Of a stretch of 64,000 bases of DNA, positions 1 through 10,865 are shown piece by piece. Position 1 is the stretch's first letter. Every line of letters starts with the position of its first letter. The stretch spans positions 2,816,001 through 2,880,000 of the forward strand of contig OY761556.1 in the NCBI GenBank assembly GCA_963664705.1, written 5' to 3'. The DNA comes from Acidobacteriota bacterium (lineage in GTDB: Bacteria > Acidobacteriota > UBA6911). The notes beneath the pieces are model-generated. The model worked only from the letters and a program-made list of their open reading frames with translations. It did no database searches and had not been told where the DNA came from. Both the position numbers and the translations under genes were made by a program.

Positions 1-492
1 GCCGCCGACGCCCAAAGCCGTCAACAGCGGAGTGATGGACATTCCCAAAGAACTCAGCAAAATCAGGATACCGACAATGATCACGGCTACCTGGGCCATG
101 TTTTGTGTCAGGGAGGTTACCGGAAGAGTTCCCTGGACCTTGGCGCCATAATTTTTGACCGTCTCGCTCGCCAGCCTTGCACCGACAAATGTCAGCGACG
201 TGATCATCAGAAAAAGCAGGATTTTTGCAATGAGGTCGCTGATTCTGTTCGGCAGGACGGAGAGTTGAGCGGCAAGGTGAAGCGCCAGCATGATAACCCA
301 GATCATGAAAGGGCCACGCAGTGCCTGCACAACAATATCGTCAAATTTGCCCGATGTCTTTTTTGCCCAGCGCGCCAGAGTTCCAAACAGGATGCGTCGA
401 ACCACGAATCCGAGGACCAGGGTGATGAAGAATATCAATGCGGGAGTCAAGAGCTGGATACTGTGGTTGCGCATGAACTCGATCACTTTCAT
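1..492 (-). CDS. mscS: Small-conductance mechanosensitive channel (MscS family), N-terminal part; runs off the window edge
   Basis: Not in ORF track. Manual translation from ATG at 492: MKVIEFMRNHSIQLLTPALIFF...ILLSSLGMSITPLLTALGVGG, the MscS TM2-TM3 signature; GAGGG upstream. Confidence 0.85.
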   Translation of the reverse strand, partial: MKVIEFMRNHSIQLLTPALIFFITLVLGFVVRRILFGTLARWAKKTSGKFDDIVVQALRGPFMIWVIMLALHLAAQLSVLPNRISDLIAKILLFLMITSLTFVGARLASETVKNYGAKVQGTLPVTSLTQNMAQVAVIIVGILILLSSLGMSITPLLTALGVGG

Positions 493-769
493 TTCCGTTT
501 CCCTCAAACCCGAAGCTAACATACCACCGAGGAAAACGCTACAGAAGCCTGAGCCGAAAGACGCGCCGACATTGAGCGCTCTGTGTCATACTTTAGCCGA
601 GCGTATTGCGGCCTCCTTGATGTTTCGTTTGCCTTTTCCCGGACACCCGATTAAGATCGCCCCGCGGAAATTCTTAATTCGGTTCAGCTGCCAATAGACA
701 TGAAAAGGAATCAGGATTCGGGATTCCGAAGCGCCGAATTTCCTGGTCTCCACTACCGGTGTTTTCGAT

Positions 770-2905
<2,136 letters not shown>

Positions 2906-2913
2906 GTCACGTC

Positions 2914-3081
2914 ATGATTTCCATTAGTCACATTTTAGTTAGGAGTAAAAATACTCTCATCGAGAAATCTATTTTGTATGTTTATTTGGAGTTTCGCTTT
3001 GTTATACGCGGAATTCCAGGCTTAGGGACTACCAGCAAAAATCTTTATCCCCGCATCCTGCAAATCCGGACGCAATTCTGA
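2914..3081 (+). CDS. Possible 55-aa micro-ORF between the two heptamer arrays
   Basis: Open frame MISISHILVRSKNTLIEKSILYVYLEFRFVIRGIPGLGTTSKNLYPRILQIRTQF with GGGAG 9 nt upstream; AT-rich; no recognisable family. Confidence 0.25.
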   Translation: MISISHILVRSKNTLIEKSILYVYLEFRFVIRGIPGLGTTSKNLYPRILQIRTQF

Positions 3082-3107
3082 CTCCTGTCTCCTGACTCCT
3101 GTCTTCT
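3076..3107 (-). repeat. Tandem heptamer array TTCTGAC-TCCTGTC-TCCTGAC-TCCTGTC; right arm
   Basis: Reverse complement approximates the 2868-2905 array. Confidence 0.85.
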
Positions 3108-3111
3108 TCCC

Positions 3112-5184
3112 TCACACCCAACTCTTGGTAGGCTGATAGTCGAAAGGTTCCATGGAGAAGCTGCCGCGACCTTGCGTCAGCGAGCGCATATGGGTCGAAT
3201 ACCCGAACATTTCAGAGAGAGGCACCAATCCACGGACAACGGCAAAGCCGCTGATGAGATCGGTTTCGCGAATCTCGGCTCTTCGCGCGCCAAGATCCTT
3301 CATGATCGGTCCCAGGCAATCATCGGGAGTACGGACCTCAAGGCTCATCACAGGCTCGAGCACGATAGTCTGCGCTTGAGCAATCGCCTCACGCAATGCC
3401 AGGGTAAGGGTTCCCAGCAGGGGGACGACGGGATCGGGTGGATCGTTATGCCGGAATTCCAGAACGTTAATTCTCACATCCACGATCGGGTACCCATGCG
3501 ACCCGCCGGAATTACATCCGCGCATCAGAATTTCCTGGGCTTCGCGCTCGAGTGCGGAGGTGAGAACTTTTGCAATGCGGGAGACATCAACCTCTACCGG
3601 AGCCAGGCTCCGATCGCCCGCGGTCCGGGGCCGGGGCAGAATTTCCAACGCGGCCCGGCCGCTGACCAGAACATCGCTGATGCGCTTTTCGAATTCGCCC
3701 TTGCCGACGGCTCGCACGGTCGTGGTTTCCCGATAGGATACGCGCGGACGGCCAAAAAAGGCGGGGACATTAAACTCCCGCTGCATCCGGTTGCGAGTCA
3801 CTTCCAGGTGTAATTCTCCCATACCCGAAAGAATCATCTGCCCGGTTTCTTCATCCGTTGTGACACTCATGGTCGGATCTTCACGCAGCAGACGCGTAAC
3901 GATTTCGAAAAGCTTATCCCGATCCGCCGAGGTCTGGGTCTCAACGGCCATTGAAACCACGGTCTGGGGAAAGTGAATCGGCTCGTAGGTAATGTGGTGC
4001 TGCGGATCGCACAGAGTATCGCCCGTGACAACATCCTTCAAACCGTGCACCGCGATGATATCGCCGCAGCGGGCCTGATCCACTGGTTCCGTGCGGTCTG
4101 CATGCAGGCGAAGAATGCGCCGGAGGCGAATATTTTTTTTGGTGCGCGGATGATAACAACGTTCCTCCGTCGATAAAGATCCGGAATAGACTCGCATCCA
4201 CAGGTAATCGGTGCTGGTGGTCGCGACGACTTTAAAAACCAGCGCGGAAAATGGCGCTTCCAGCGTTAAAGGGCGTTCCACAGCCTTGCCTGTTTCCGGA
4301 TCCATCCCTTGCGCCGGGGGGCGATCCAGAGGCGAAGGCAGGTAATTACAGATCGCATCCAGCACTGGCTGGACACCAAGATCGCGCAAAGCAGCACCAC
4401 AAAAGACGGGGATCAGCTTGCCGCTCAGCGTGGCCTCTCGGATGCCGCGTCGAAGATCCTTGGTCGAAATAGGATCACCTGACAAATAGAGATCCGCCAG
4501 CCAGTCGACGCAATCCGCGGCATTTTCAATCAGCTGATTCCTGGCTTCTTCGACGATGTCGGCCATTTCGGCTGGGATTGGTCGGAATTCCTGGTCGCGT
4601 CCGCGCGTTGCCGGATCGAACACCGTAAGGTGCAGATCGAGCAGGTCGATTATGCCGCCCAGCTGGCTTTCCCCGCCGTAGGGTATATTCAAAAAAACGG
4701 CGCGCGCGCCAAGTCGCGTTTGAATCTGCTTCAGAACGCGTTCGTAATCGGCTCCCGCCCGATCAAGCTTGTTGATGAATGCTATTCGCGGGACCTGATA
4801 GCGGTCGGCCTGTCTCCATACCGTCTCGCTCTGCGGTTCAACTCCTTCCACTCCCGAAAAGATGACGACGGCGCCATCCAGCACTCGAAGGCTTCGCTCG
4901 ACCTCCGCCGTAAAATCCACATGGCCCGGCGTGTCGATCAGGTTGATCTGGTGGTTGCTCCAAGGGAAAGTGGTTGCCGCAGCAGATATTGTAATGCCGC
5001 GCTCGCGTTCATCGGCCCTGAAATCCATCACAGCCAGGCCGTCATGAACCTCGCCGATTTTATGGGTTCTACCGGAATAGAAAAGGAAACGCTCGGTCGC
5101 CGTGGTTTTTCCGGCATCAATATGAGCGATAATCCCTACGTTTCGCACGCGCTCGAGCGGCGTCAATGCCATCCAACCCTCCAT
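3112..5184 (-). CDS. fusA: Elongation factor G paralogue (EF-G2-like) with divergent domain IV
   Basis: AHIDAGKTT, ERGITI, DTPGHVDF, NKLD, GMGELHLE and EMFGYSTHMRSLTQGRG motifs; not next to rpsL/rpsG/tuf. Start may be ATG at 5172. Confidence 0.9.
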   Translation of the reverse strand: MEGWMALTPLERVRNVGIIAHIDAGKTTATERFLFYSGRTHKIGEVHDGLAVMDFRADERERGITISAAATTFPWSNHQINLIDTPGHVDFTAEVERSLRVLDGAVVIFSGVEGVEPQSETVWRQADRYQVPRIAFINKLDRAGADYERVLKQIQTRLGARAVFLNIPYGGESQLGGIIDLLDLHLTVFDPATRGRDQEFRPIPAEMADIVEEARNQLIENAADCVDWLADLYLSGDPISTKDLRRGIREATLSGKLIPVFCGAALRDLGVQPVLDAICNYLPSPLDRPPAQGMDPETGKAVERPLTLEAPFSALVFKVVATTSTDYLWMRVYSGSLSTEERCYHPRTKKNIRLRRILRLHADRTEPVDQARCGDIIAVHGLKDVVTGDTLCDPQHHITYEPIHFPQTVVSMAVETQTSADRDKLFEIVTRLLREDPTMSVTTDEETGQMILSGMGELHLEVTRNRMQREFNVPAFFGRPRVSYRETTTVRAVGKGEFEKRISDVLVSGRAALEILPRPRTAGDRSLAPVEVDVSRIAKVLTSALEREAQEILMRGCNSGGSHGYPIVDVRINVLEFRHNDPPDPVVPLLGTLTLALREAIAQAQTIVLEPVMSLEVRTPDDCLGPIMKDLGARRAEIRETDLISGFAVVRGLVPLSEMFGYSTHMRSLTQGRGSFSMEPFDYQPTKSWV

Positions 5185-5396
5185 CTCGAAACACAGATTT
5201 CAGTACTTTTGCAGTTCGTGCATCATTCGTCAAGAGATTAAGGGAACCCTTCAGTTATTTGCGTTTGGATCCATGTTCAAACGGGAAATATGGCGCGCCC
5301 CGTACAAAAGATTTGAGCCGCACAATGCCAACAGGCGGATAAAGGCTTGCAAGCGGGGATCCGTTCAATGCAAAATCTTCTGATCGTCAACAGCGA

Positions 5397-6122
5397 GTGA
5401 GGAGCATGAGAACGATTGTTGATTTGAATGTAGCCGATCTCACACCAACCCAGGATGAAGTGCTCTCGGCCCAGGGAATGGCAGGCCGCGCCAATATCCC
5501 GGATCGGATTCGCAGTCTGATTGATTCAGCGCTGGATCTGTTCCGTGAATTGGCTGAGCCCAAAGGGTTGATGCAGGAAGTATCTCTTTCAGAATTTGAA
5601 GCCATCTATGCAGGAGACGGCCTGAATTCTCCGGAAGGCCCGGTGCCGCTGATAATACCACGGGCAGATGGCCTTGCCATCTTTGCCGCGACCATGGGTA
5701 GTTCCCTGATATCTAAAAGCAGCGAGCTTTTTGCCAAGGGAGGGCCCGCATTGGGTTTCATGCTGGACGCCGTCAACTCGAGCGCAGCCGAACGTCTTGG
5801 GAGACAGATGGGCCTGCAATTCGTCGGTTCGATGCCGGAGGAAATCCGCGGGGCAAAGCCGCTCAAGGTTCAGTATTATTGCCCCGGTCATTGCGGCTGG
5901 CATATTTCCGGCCAGGTAAAGCTGTTTCAATCCCTTCATCCTGAGGAAATCGGAATGTCTGTGAGCGACCGATGGGTCATGCAGCCGGTCAAATCCATCT
6001 CGGGAGTCCTGGTCGCCGGCGAAATGGACATACACAGGTTTCAGCCCGCGTTCTCTTTCTGCAAGGATTGCAGGGAGCATAAATGCATCAAAAGGCTGTT
6101 GCTTCTGGAAAACGAAGGCTAA
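5397..6122 (+). CDS. Stand-alone B12-dependent methionine synthase activation-domain-like protein
   Basis: FAATMG, YCPGHCGW, MQPVKSISG and C-terminal CKDC-x4-C pattern; next to a Hcy methyltransferase domain gene. Start 5397 (GTG) or 5406 (ATG). Confidence 0.75.
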   Translation: MRSMRTIVDLNVADLTPTQDEVLSAQGMAGRANIPDRIRSLIDSALDLFRELAEPKGLMQEVSLSEFEAIYAGDGLNSPEGPVPLIIPRADGLAIFAATMGSSLISKSSELFAKGGPALGFMLDAVNSSAAERLGRQMGLQFVGSMPEEIRGAKPLKVQYYCPGHCGWHISGQVKLFQSLHPEEIGMSVSDRWVMQPVKSISGVLVAGEMDIHRFQPAFSFCKDCREHKCIKRLLLLENEG

Positions 6123-6295
6123 TGCAGCGGGTCCAACGGATCTTTATATAAGACATGTAATGGAAGCTACATACCGAGCGCCGGAGGCGTTAAAATAGCA
6201 ATTCCATAGAGCAAAGGACTTCGGATTCACTACACTGGCACCTGCCGCAGAAGGCTTTGAGTCCGGATCACGGGATTCCGATAATGGGATGAGAC

Positions 6296-7186
6296 ATGGA
6301 AAACATACTGAAACGATTGCAGCGAGGAGAAGTTATTGTCGGCGATGGTGCCTTGGGCACCATGTTGATGCAACGGGGCCTCAAACTTGGCGAACCACCG
6401 GAGGCGTTGAACCTGACAAAGCCGGGCATCCTCGAAGAAATCGCCTCGCTTTATCTAGAAGCAGGCGCCGAGATAATTACAACCAATACATTCGGGGCAT
6501 CCACTTTAAGGCTCCGGCAATTTTCACTGGACGGCGAAATTGATGCCATCAACAGAAGCGCCGTGGCGGCAGTACGCCGGGTTGTCCAGGATCGTGCTTA
6601 TGTTTCCGGATCCGTCGGGCCCTCCGCACACATGCTCGAACCTTTCGGAGATACCGATCCCAACGAAATTTTACTGAGTTTTCAAGCACAGATCCGAGCT
6701 CTCCTGTCCGCCGGAGTCGACCTGATCTGCATTGAAACAATGACGGACGTCGCGGAGGCAAAGCTCGCGATCGAGGCTGCACGAACCGTCAGTGCCGATA
6801 TTCCTATCATGGCCACCATGACTTTCAGCAGATCTCCACAGGGCGGTTTCTTTACTTTAATGCGGACGCCACTGAAAGACGCCTGCGAGGAATTGGAGAA
6901 TGCCGGCGCCAACATCGTGGGATCCAATTGCGGCGATGGCATGGAAAGCATGGTTAGTATTGCCGGCGAATTCCGGAAGTACGCGAGAGTTCCTGTCGCC
7001 ATTCAGGGCAATGCAGGACTCCCAATTGTCGAGGGAGACAAGCTAACTTACCCGGATACTCCAGAATATGTCGCGGGGAAAGCTAAAGAAATGCTGCAAC
7101 TCGGAGTACAGATTATCGGTGGCTGCTGTGGCACGCAGCCGGATCATATTCGCGAAATCAGGAAGATCGTGGATGGCAGGCGCTAA
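6296..7186 (+). CDS. Homocysteine S-methyltransferase family protein (stand-alone MetH Hcy-binding module)
   Basis: DGALGT, TNTFGA, ETM, GSNC, NAGLP and GGCCGT Zn-ligand motifs. Confidence 0.92.
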   Translation: MENILKRLQRGEVIVGDGALGTMLMQRGLKLGEPPEALNLTKPGILEEIASLYLEAGAEIITTNTFGASTLRLRQFSLDGEIDAINRSAVAAVRRVVQDRAYVSGSVGPSAHMLEPFGDTDPNEILLSFQAQIRALLSAGVDLICIETMTDVAEAKLAIEAARTVSADIPIMATMTFSRSPQGGFFTLMRTPLKDACEELENAGANIVGSNCGDGMESMVSIAGEFRKYARVPVAIQGNAGLPIVEGDKLTYPDTPEYVAGKAKEMLQLGVQIIGGCCGTQPDHIREIRKIVDGRR

Positions 7187-7260
7187 ACAGCGGACCCTGG
7201 ATAGGTTCGGTTGGGATTTTGGGTGTGCTAGACTTAAAAAAGATCCAATGGAGGCACACC

Positions 7261-7470
7261 ATGAGATTAAGTGCACGGAACGTGTTAAAGGGCAAGATCA
7301 AGCAGGTGAAAGCAGGGGCGGTCAACACTGAAATAGTAATGGAACTGGCTCAGGGCGTCGAGGTTGTCTCGATTATCACAAAGGAGTCTGCCGATAATCT
7401 GCAACTGGCACCTGGCAAGATCGCCTATGCTGTCGTCAAGGCATCCAATGTCATGATCGCGGTCGATTAA
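7261..7470 (+). CDS. Molybdate-binding TOBE protein (Mop/molbindin)
   Basis: MRLSARNVLKGKI...SIITKES...KASNVMI; GGAGG SD before ATG 7261. Confidence 0.92.
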   Translation: MRLSARNVLKGKIKQVKAGAVNTEIVMELAQGVEVVSIITKESADNLQLAPGKIAYAVVKASNVMIAVD

Positions 7471-7474
7471 GTTT

Positions 7475-7515
7475 GGGAGCCGGGAGCCGGGCCAGAATTC
7501 CGGCTCCTGGCTCCC
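7475..7515. terminator. GC-rich inverted repeat built from GGGAGCC heptamers between convergent genes
   Basis: GGGAGCCGGGAGCCGG (7475-7490) / CCGGCTCCTGGCTCCC (7500-7515). Confidence 0.6.
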
Positions 7516-7523
7516 TCGTTCAT

Positions 7524-8825
7524 TTACAGCCGCAGGAATATTTTTCTCTTGTACAGAAAGTGCGCAAAGAGAAAAACCAGCGACAGGCCGACAATTGAAA
7601 TCACCAATTCGTCGAATCCCGCGGCGATATGGTCATTTAAAAAGAGCCCTACGCTTCCCCCAACGATCCGTCCCGCAGGCTTCCGGAAGCTGCCGATGAT
7701 ACTGGCAGTCATATAAATCGTAATGGAATTCATCCCGATCCATACAAACGGCTGGCACCATTTGCGCACCTGCCAGACATCCACAATCAGGTAAAAGAGA
7801 CCCAGCAAAATCGAACTGTATCCTCCGGCAACAAGGGCGTAAGATGGAGTCCAGATTCTTTTGACCACAGGAAGCTGCAGATTCCAGAGCCATCCTGCCA
7901 GGGCAGCCGCAATGCCGAATCCAATCAGGCAGGCGGCTTTTTTCCGGCTCTCGATCGATTGAGCCAGCAGCAACAGGCCGGCAAATACCCCCAGCAGACA
8001 GGACGCAATACCTCCCAGAGAGCTCAGTAATCCCTCCGGGTCAAAAAACACATCATACTTGCGCCCGCCCAGGTACTGAAAATCCAGGTGATCGGACAGG
8101 TTGTAGCCGCGTTCATACTTCCCCGTCACGCGCATCTGCTGCCCATAAAACAGCTTTTCCGCCGCGGTCCATGCAACGCTGTCAGGCACCGCCGAAAAAT
8201 TCCGATCTTCCCGGAGGCTTTCGGCTCCCTCCCCATCGCCATTGCGTTCGGCCATGGCGGCAAGGGCGTCCCGGGTGAGATGGATATCCCGAATCGGAAC
8301 GAAACTGAGCAGCGCCCAATAGCCCACCAGCAGGCCGACGCATATGGTCGCCAGAATCTTTGGCTTGAAGAAATGAAATAGCAGCGCGGTAACCAGATAG
8401 GCAATGGCGATGCGGTTGAGCACCCCCATTAATCGCACATCCGGCCAGGGATTTGAGATCCCGCCGGAATAGAAGATCCCCAGAAGGAAGATCAGGACGC
8501 TTCTTCGAATAATGCGCGTGAGGACTGCCTTGTGCCCCGTTCCTTTGCTCCGGCCAAGCGAAAATACAATCGATACGCCCACAATAAAAAGAAACAAGGG
8601 GAATATCAGATCATAGGCGTGAAACCCCTGCCATTCGGCGTGGATAAGCTGATAGGTAAGGAAACGGGTCGCCGGCTTTTGCGACATGCGATCAAGGGCA
8701 TAGGCCAAATAGTCGGCGCCTATGATCCAGAACATATCAAAGCCACGCAAAGCATCGAGAGACATGATGCGCGGACCGACACCTACGGGTGCAGGAACCA
8801 ATGGAGAATCTGTTTGAGTTTTCAT
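7524..8825 (-). CDS. HGSNAT/NagX-like membrane acyltransferase family protein
   Basis: RIMSLDALRGFDM, DLIFPLFLFIVGVS, GVLNRIA, DPEGLLS, KRIWTPSY and GMNSITIY motifs. Confidence 0.88.
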   Translation of the reverse strand: MKTQTDSPLVPAPVGVGPRIMSLDALRGFDMFWIIGADYLAYALDRMSQKPATRFLTYQLIHAEWQGFHAYDLIFPLFLFIVGVSIVFSLGRSKGTGHKAVLTRIIRRSVLIFLLGIFYSGGISNPWPDVRLMGVLNRIAIAYLVTALLFHFFKPKILATICVGLLVGYWALLSFVPIRDIHLTRDALAAMAERNGDGEGAESLREDRNFSAVPDSVAWTAAEKLFYGQQMRVTGKYERGYNLSDHLDFQYLGGRKYDVFFDPEGLLSSLGGIASCLLGVFAGLLLLAQSIESRKKAACLIGFGIAAALAGWLWNLQLPVVKRIWTPSYALVAGGYSSILLGLFYLIVDVWQVRKWCQPFVWIGMNSITIYMTASIIGSFRKPAGRIVGGSVGLFLNDHIAAGFDELVISIVGLSLVFLFAHFLYKRKIFLRL

Positions 8826-8917
8826 GGCAGGCTAGGTCTATATTAATCTCTTTCCAGTTACAAGCCGAAATATGCAAAGAATGGGGTCGACAACACAACA
8901 ACCATCGGAGGATTTCA

Positions 8918-9595
8918 ATGCAAAAGACCTGTCTATTCTCGATACTCCTGATCCTGATCTCGGCTTCCATTGCACTGGCCGGAGAAAACGAAGGATCCCA
9001 GGGAAGCGGTTGGGCTATCAATGCCAAAGCGGGCACGCTGGGCATAGGAGCGGATATCAGCCGCTCCATCGTACCTCGAGTTTTGAACCTGCGCGTTGGC
9101 GCCGGCTTCTTTTCCTACTCAACCGACCTATCGGAAGAAGGTATCGACTATTCGGCAAAATTGAAACTGGGGGCCATCCCCATTGCACTCGATGTGTTTC
9201 CCTTCAAGAATTGGTTTCGGCTCGGAGGAGGAGTCGTTGTTAATCTGAACGAAGTGAAGGGCACGGGACATTCATCCACTGGCACTTTTACCATTGGTGA
9301 TCGCCAATACACAGCACAGGATATTGGAGAAGTCGACGCCAAGATAAAGTTCAATCGCACCGCCCCATACTTCGGATTGGGCTTTAGCAACCCCATCAAA
9401 CGATCCGGGCACGTCAGCTTCTTCACTGACATCGGGATCCTTTATCATGGAACGCCTTCTGCCAGCCTTACAACGACCAAGAGTGTTCCCGGATTGCAGA
9501 CCGAAATTGATAAAGAACTGCAAAACATCAATGAAGACATTCGGGATTTCAAGCTGTTCCCCGTCCTTCAGTTTGGGCTCAGCATTCGTTTCTAG
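8918..9595 (+). CDS. Outer-membrane beta-barrel protein, function unknown
   Basis: GGAGG SD, signal peptide (ALA), GTLGIG and APYFGLGF motifs, C-terminal Phe. Confidence 0.75.
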   Translation: MQKTCLFSILLILISASIALAGENEGSQGSGWAINAKAGTLGIGADISRSIVPRVLNLRVGAGFFSYSTDLSEEGIDYSAKLKLGAIPIALDVFPFKNWFRLGGGVVVNLNEVKGTGHSSTGTFTIGDRQYTAQDIGEVDAKIKFNRTAPYFGLGFSNPIKRSGHVSFFTDIGILYHGTPSASLTTTKSVPGLQTEIDKELQNINEDIRDFKLFPVLQFGLSIRF

Positions 9596-9690
9596 AAAGA
9601 GCCGTGCAATTCGCCGTTGCCGTTCATTCTCTGGCGGCGAATTGCATCGCCTTCACATGCTAGAATATTCATATAGTATGGAGAAGGAGA

Positions 9691-10308
9691 GTGAATACCA
9701 TTATCGCCAGGAAAGTTCACCACACCGATGCGGAAGGGCTTCCCATCCGCTCTGATTGGGAGAATGCCGTTCCCATCACCTTCTGCGCGGATTGGTGCGC
9801 GGCGAATCCTGATCCCGCGAGACAGACGGAAGTGCGGGCATTGTGGTCACCCGACCATCTCTTTTTGAGATTCTGCTGTCGCTTTCGCGAGATTTTCACC
9901 TATGAAGGAGGAAATACTCACCGAGACGGACTCTGGATGCGGGATGTGGCGGAAGTATTTGTCCGACCAGGAATGTGGGAAACCTCTCACTATCTCGAGT
10001 TTGAGGTCAGCCCCAATGGAGATTGGCTGGATCTCGATATTTCCCCGGACAGGAAAACGATTCTGTATTGCAGCATGAAAACCCGCGTCATCAGGGACGA
10101 CAAATTAAAAATCTGGATCGCTGAAATAGCAATTCCGACGACATGTTTTAATGTGCCGCTGAGTTCCGGCGAATCCTGGCGTCTGAATCTATTCCGCATT
10201 GAGGGCCGTGAACCTGCCCGCTTTTACTCAGCGTGGATTCCAACCCACACTTCAATACCAAATTTTCACGTCCCGGAATTGTTTGGCTCTTTGCTCTTTC
10301 AGGACTGA
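9691..10308 (+). CDS. Carbohydrate-binding family 9-like (DOMON-like) protein
   Basis: TEVRALWS, LWMRDVAEVF, YLEFEVSPNG, WRLNLFRIE and PNFHVPE motifs. Confidence 0.8.
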   Translation: MNTIIARKVHHTDAEGLPIRSDWENAVPITFCADWCAANPDPARQTEVRALWSPDHLFLRFCCRFREIFTYEGGNTHRDGLWMRDVAEVFVRPGMWETSHYLEFEVSPNGDWLDLDISPDRKTILYCSMKTRVIRDDKLKIWIAEIAIPTTCFNVPLSSGESWRLNLFRIEGREPARFYSAWIPTHTSIPNFHVPELFGSLLFQD

Positions 10309-10424
10309 CCGGGCGCCGGCAAGTGCCTATTAGAATTTTAAGTTTCAGATTCCAGATAAAATTTTTATCTCTTGATTGACTGACTCCCGGCTCCTATCTC
10401 CTGCCCGAACGATCAGGTCCCGGC

Positions 10425-10453
10425 TTGACAAAGCTCCTGGCACGACTTAACTT
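10425..10453 (+). promoter_or_regulatory. Sigma70-type promoter TTGACA-N17-TAACTT
   Basis: Perfect -35 at 10425-10430, -10 at 10448-10453; predicted +1 falls at about 10460, the GTG start. Confidence 0.7.
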
Positions 10454-10459
10454 CCATCT

Positions 10460-10810
10460 GTGAACATGATTCGTATGGCAAAAAGTATCGGAATGTTTTT
10501 ACTGGTCTTCCAGATACTTTTTATCTCCACCGGTTTCCATGACCTTACCTGCCATTCTGCCGCGCCGCCCGCAACAACGCCTGCGTCGCAGCGGGAATTC
10601 AGTTCCCCGAAGCTTTTGGACAACCCGGAGACGGATCACTGTAATGCCTGCTTTTTTAACAAACTGCTGAACCAGTGTGTCTTCCCTGCTTTTGAAGGGC
10701 CCTTTATCGCGGAATCATTCATACGGAGAACTCCTCTTTGCCCCGGAAGCATCGTATTCATAGCGCCCGGGAAAACAGGAAACCGCGGGCCGCCATTGCT
10801 CCTGTCTTAA
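10460..10810 (+). CDS. DUF2946-like leader protein (signal/TM, His, CxxC, C-terminal RGPP); candidate ribosome-arrest peptide
   Basis: Hydrophobic N-terminus, FHDLTCH, DHCNAC, C-terminal NRGPPLLLS; directly upstream of metal-uptake genes. Confidence 0.75.
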   Translation: MNMIRMAKSIGMFLLVFQILFISTGFHDLTCHSAAPPATTPASQREFSSPKLLDNPETDHCNACFFNKLLNQCVFPAFEGPFIAESFIRRTPLCPGSIVFIAPGKTGNRGPPLLLS

Positions 10811-10865
10811 CCTCTTTTCAACTCGACTCACAATCTACGTGTCTTATCAGCGCTGGAGAAATGGC
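10792..10865 (+). promoter_or_regulatory. Predicted anti-SD/SD stem coupling the RGPP codons to the downstream ribosome-binding site
   Basis: GCCATTGCTCC (10792-10802) is complementary at 10/11 positions to GGAGAAATGGC (10855-10865). Confidence 0.6.

Noticed and set aside
103-697. Plus-strand ORFs of 138 and 135 aa
   Set aside because: Antisense shadows of the MscS gene on the minus strand.
6123-6295. Possible SAM or cobalamin riboswitch before the Hcy methyltransferase
   Set aside because: No SAM-I core or B12-box seen; only a REP-like fragment.
10438-10453. CTGGCACG, a sigma54 -24-like element
   Set aside because: No GC at -12; it lies in the spacer of a good sigma70 promoter.
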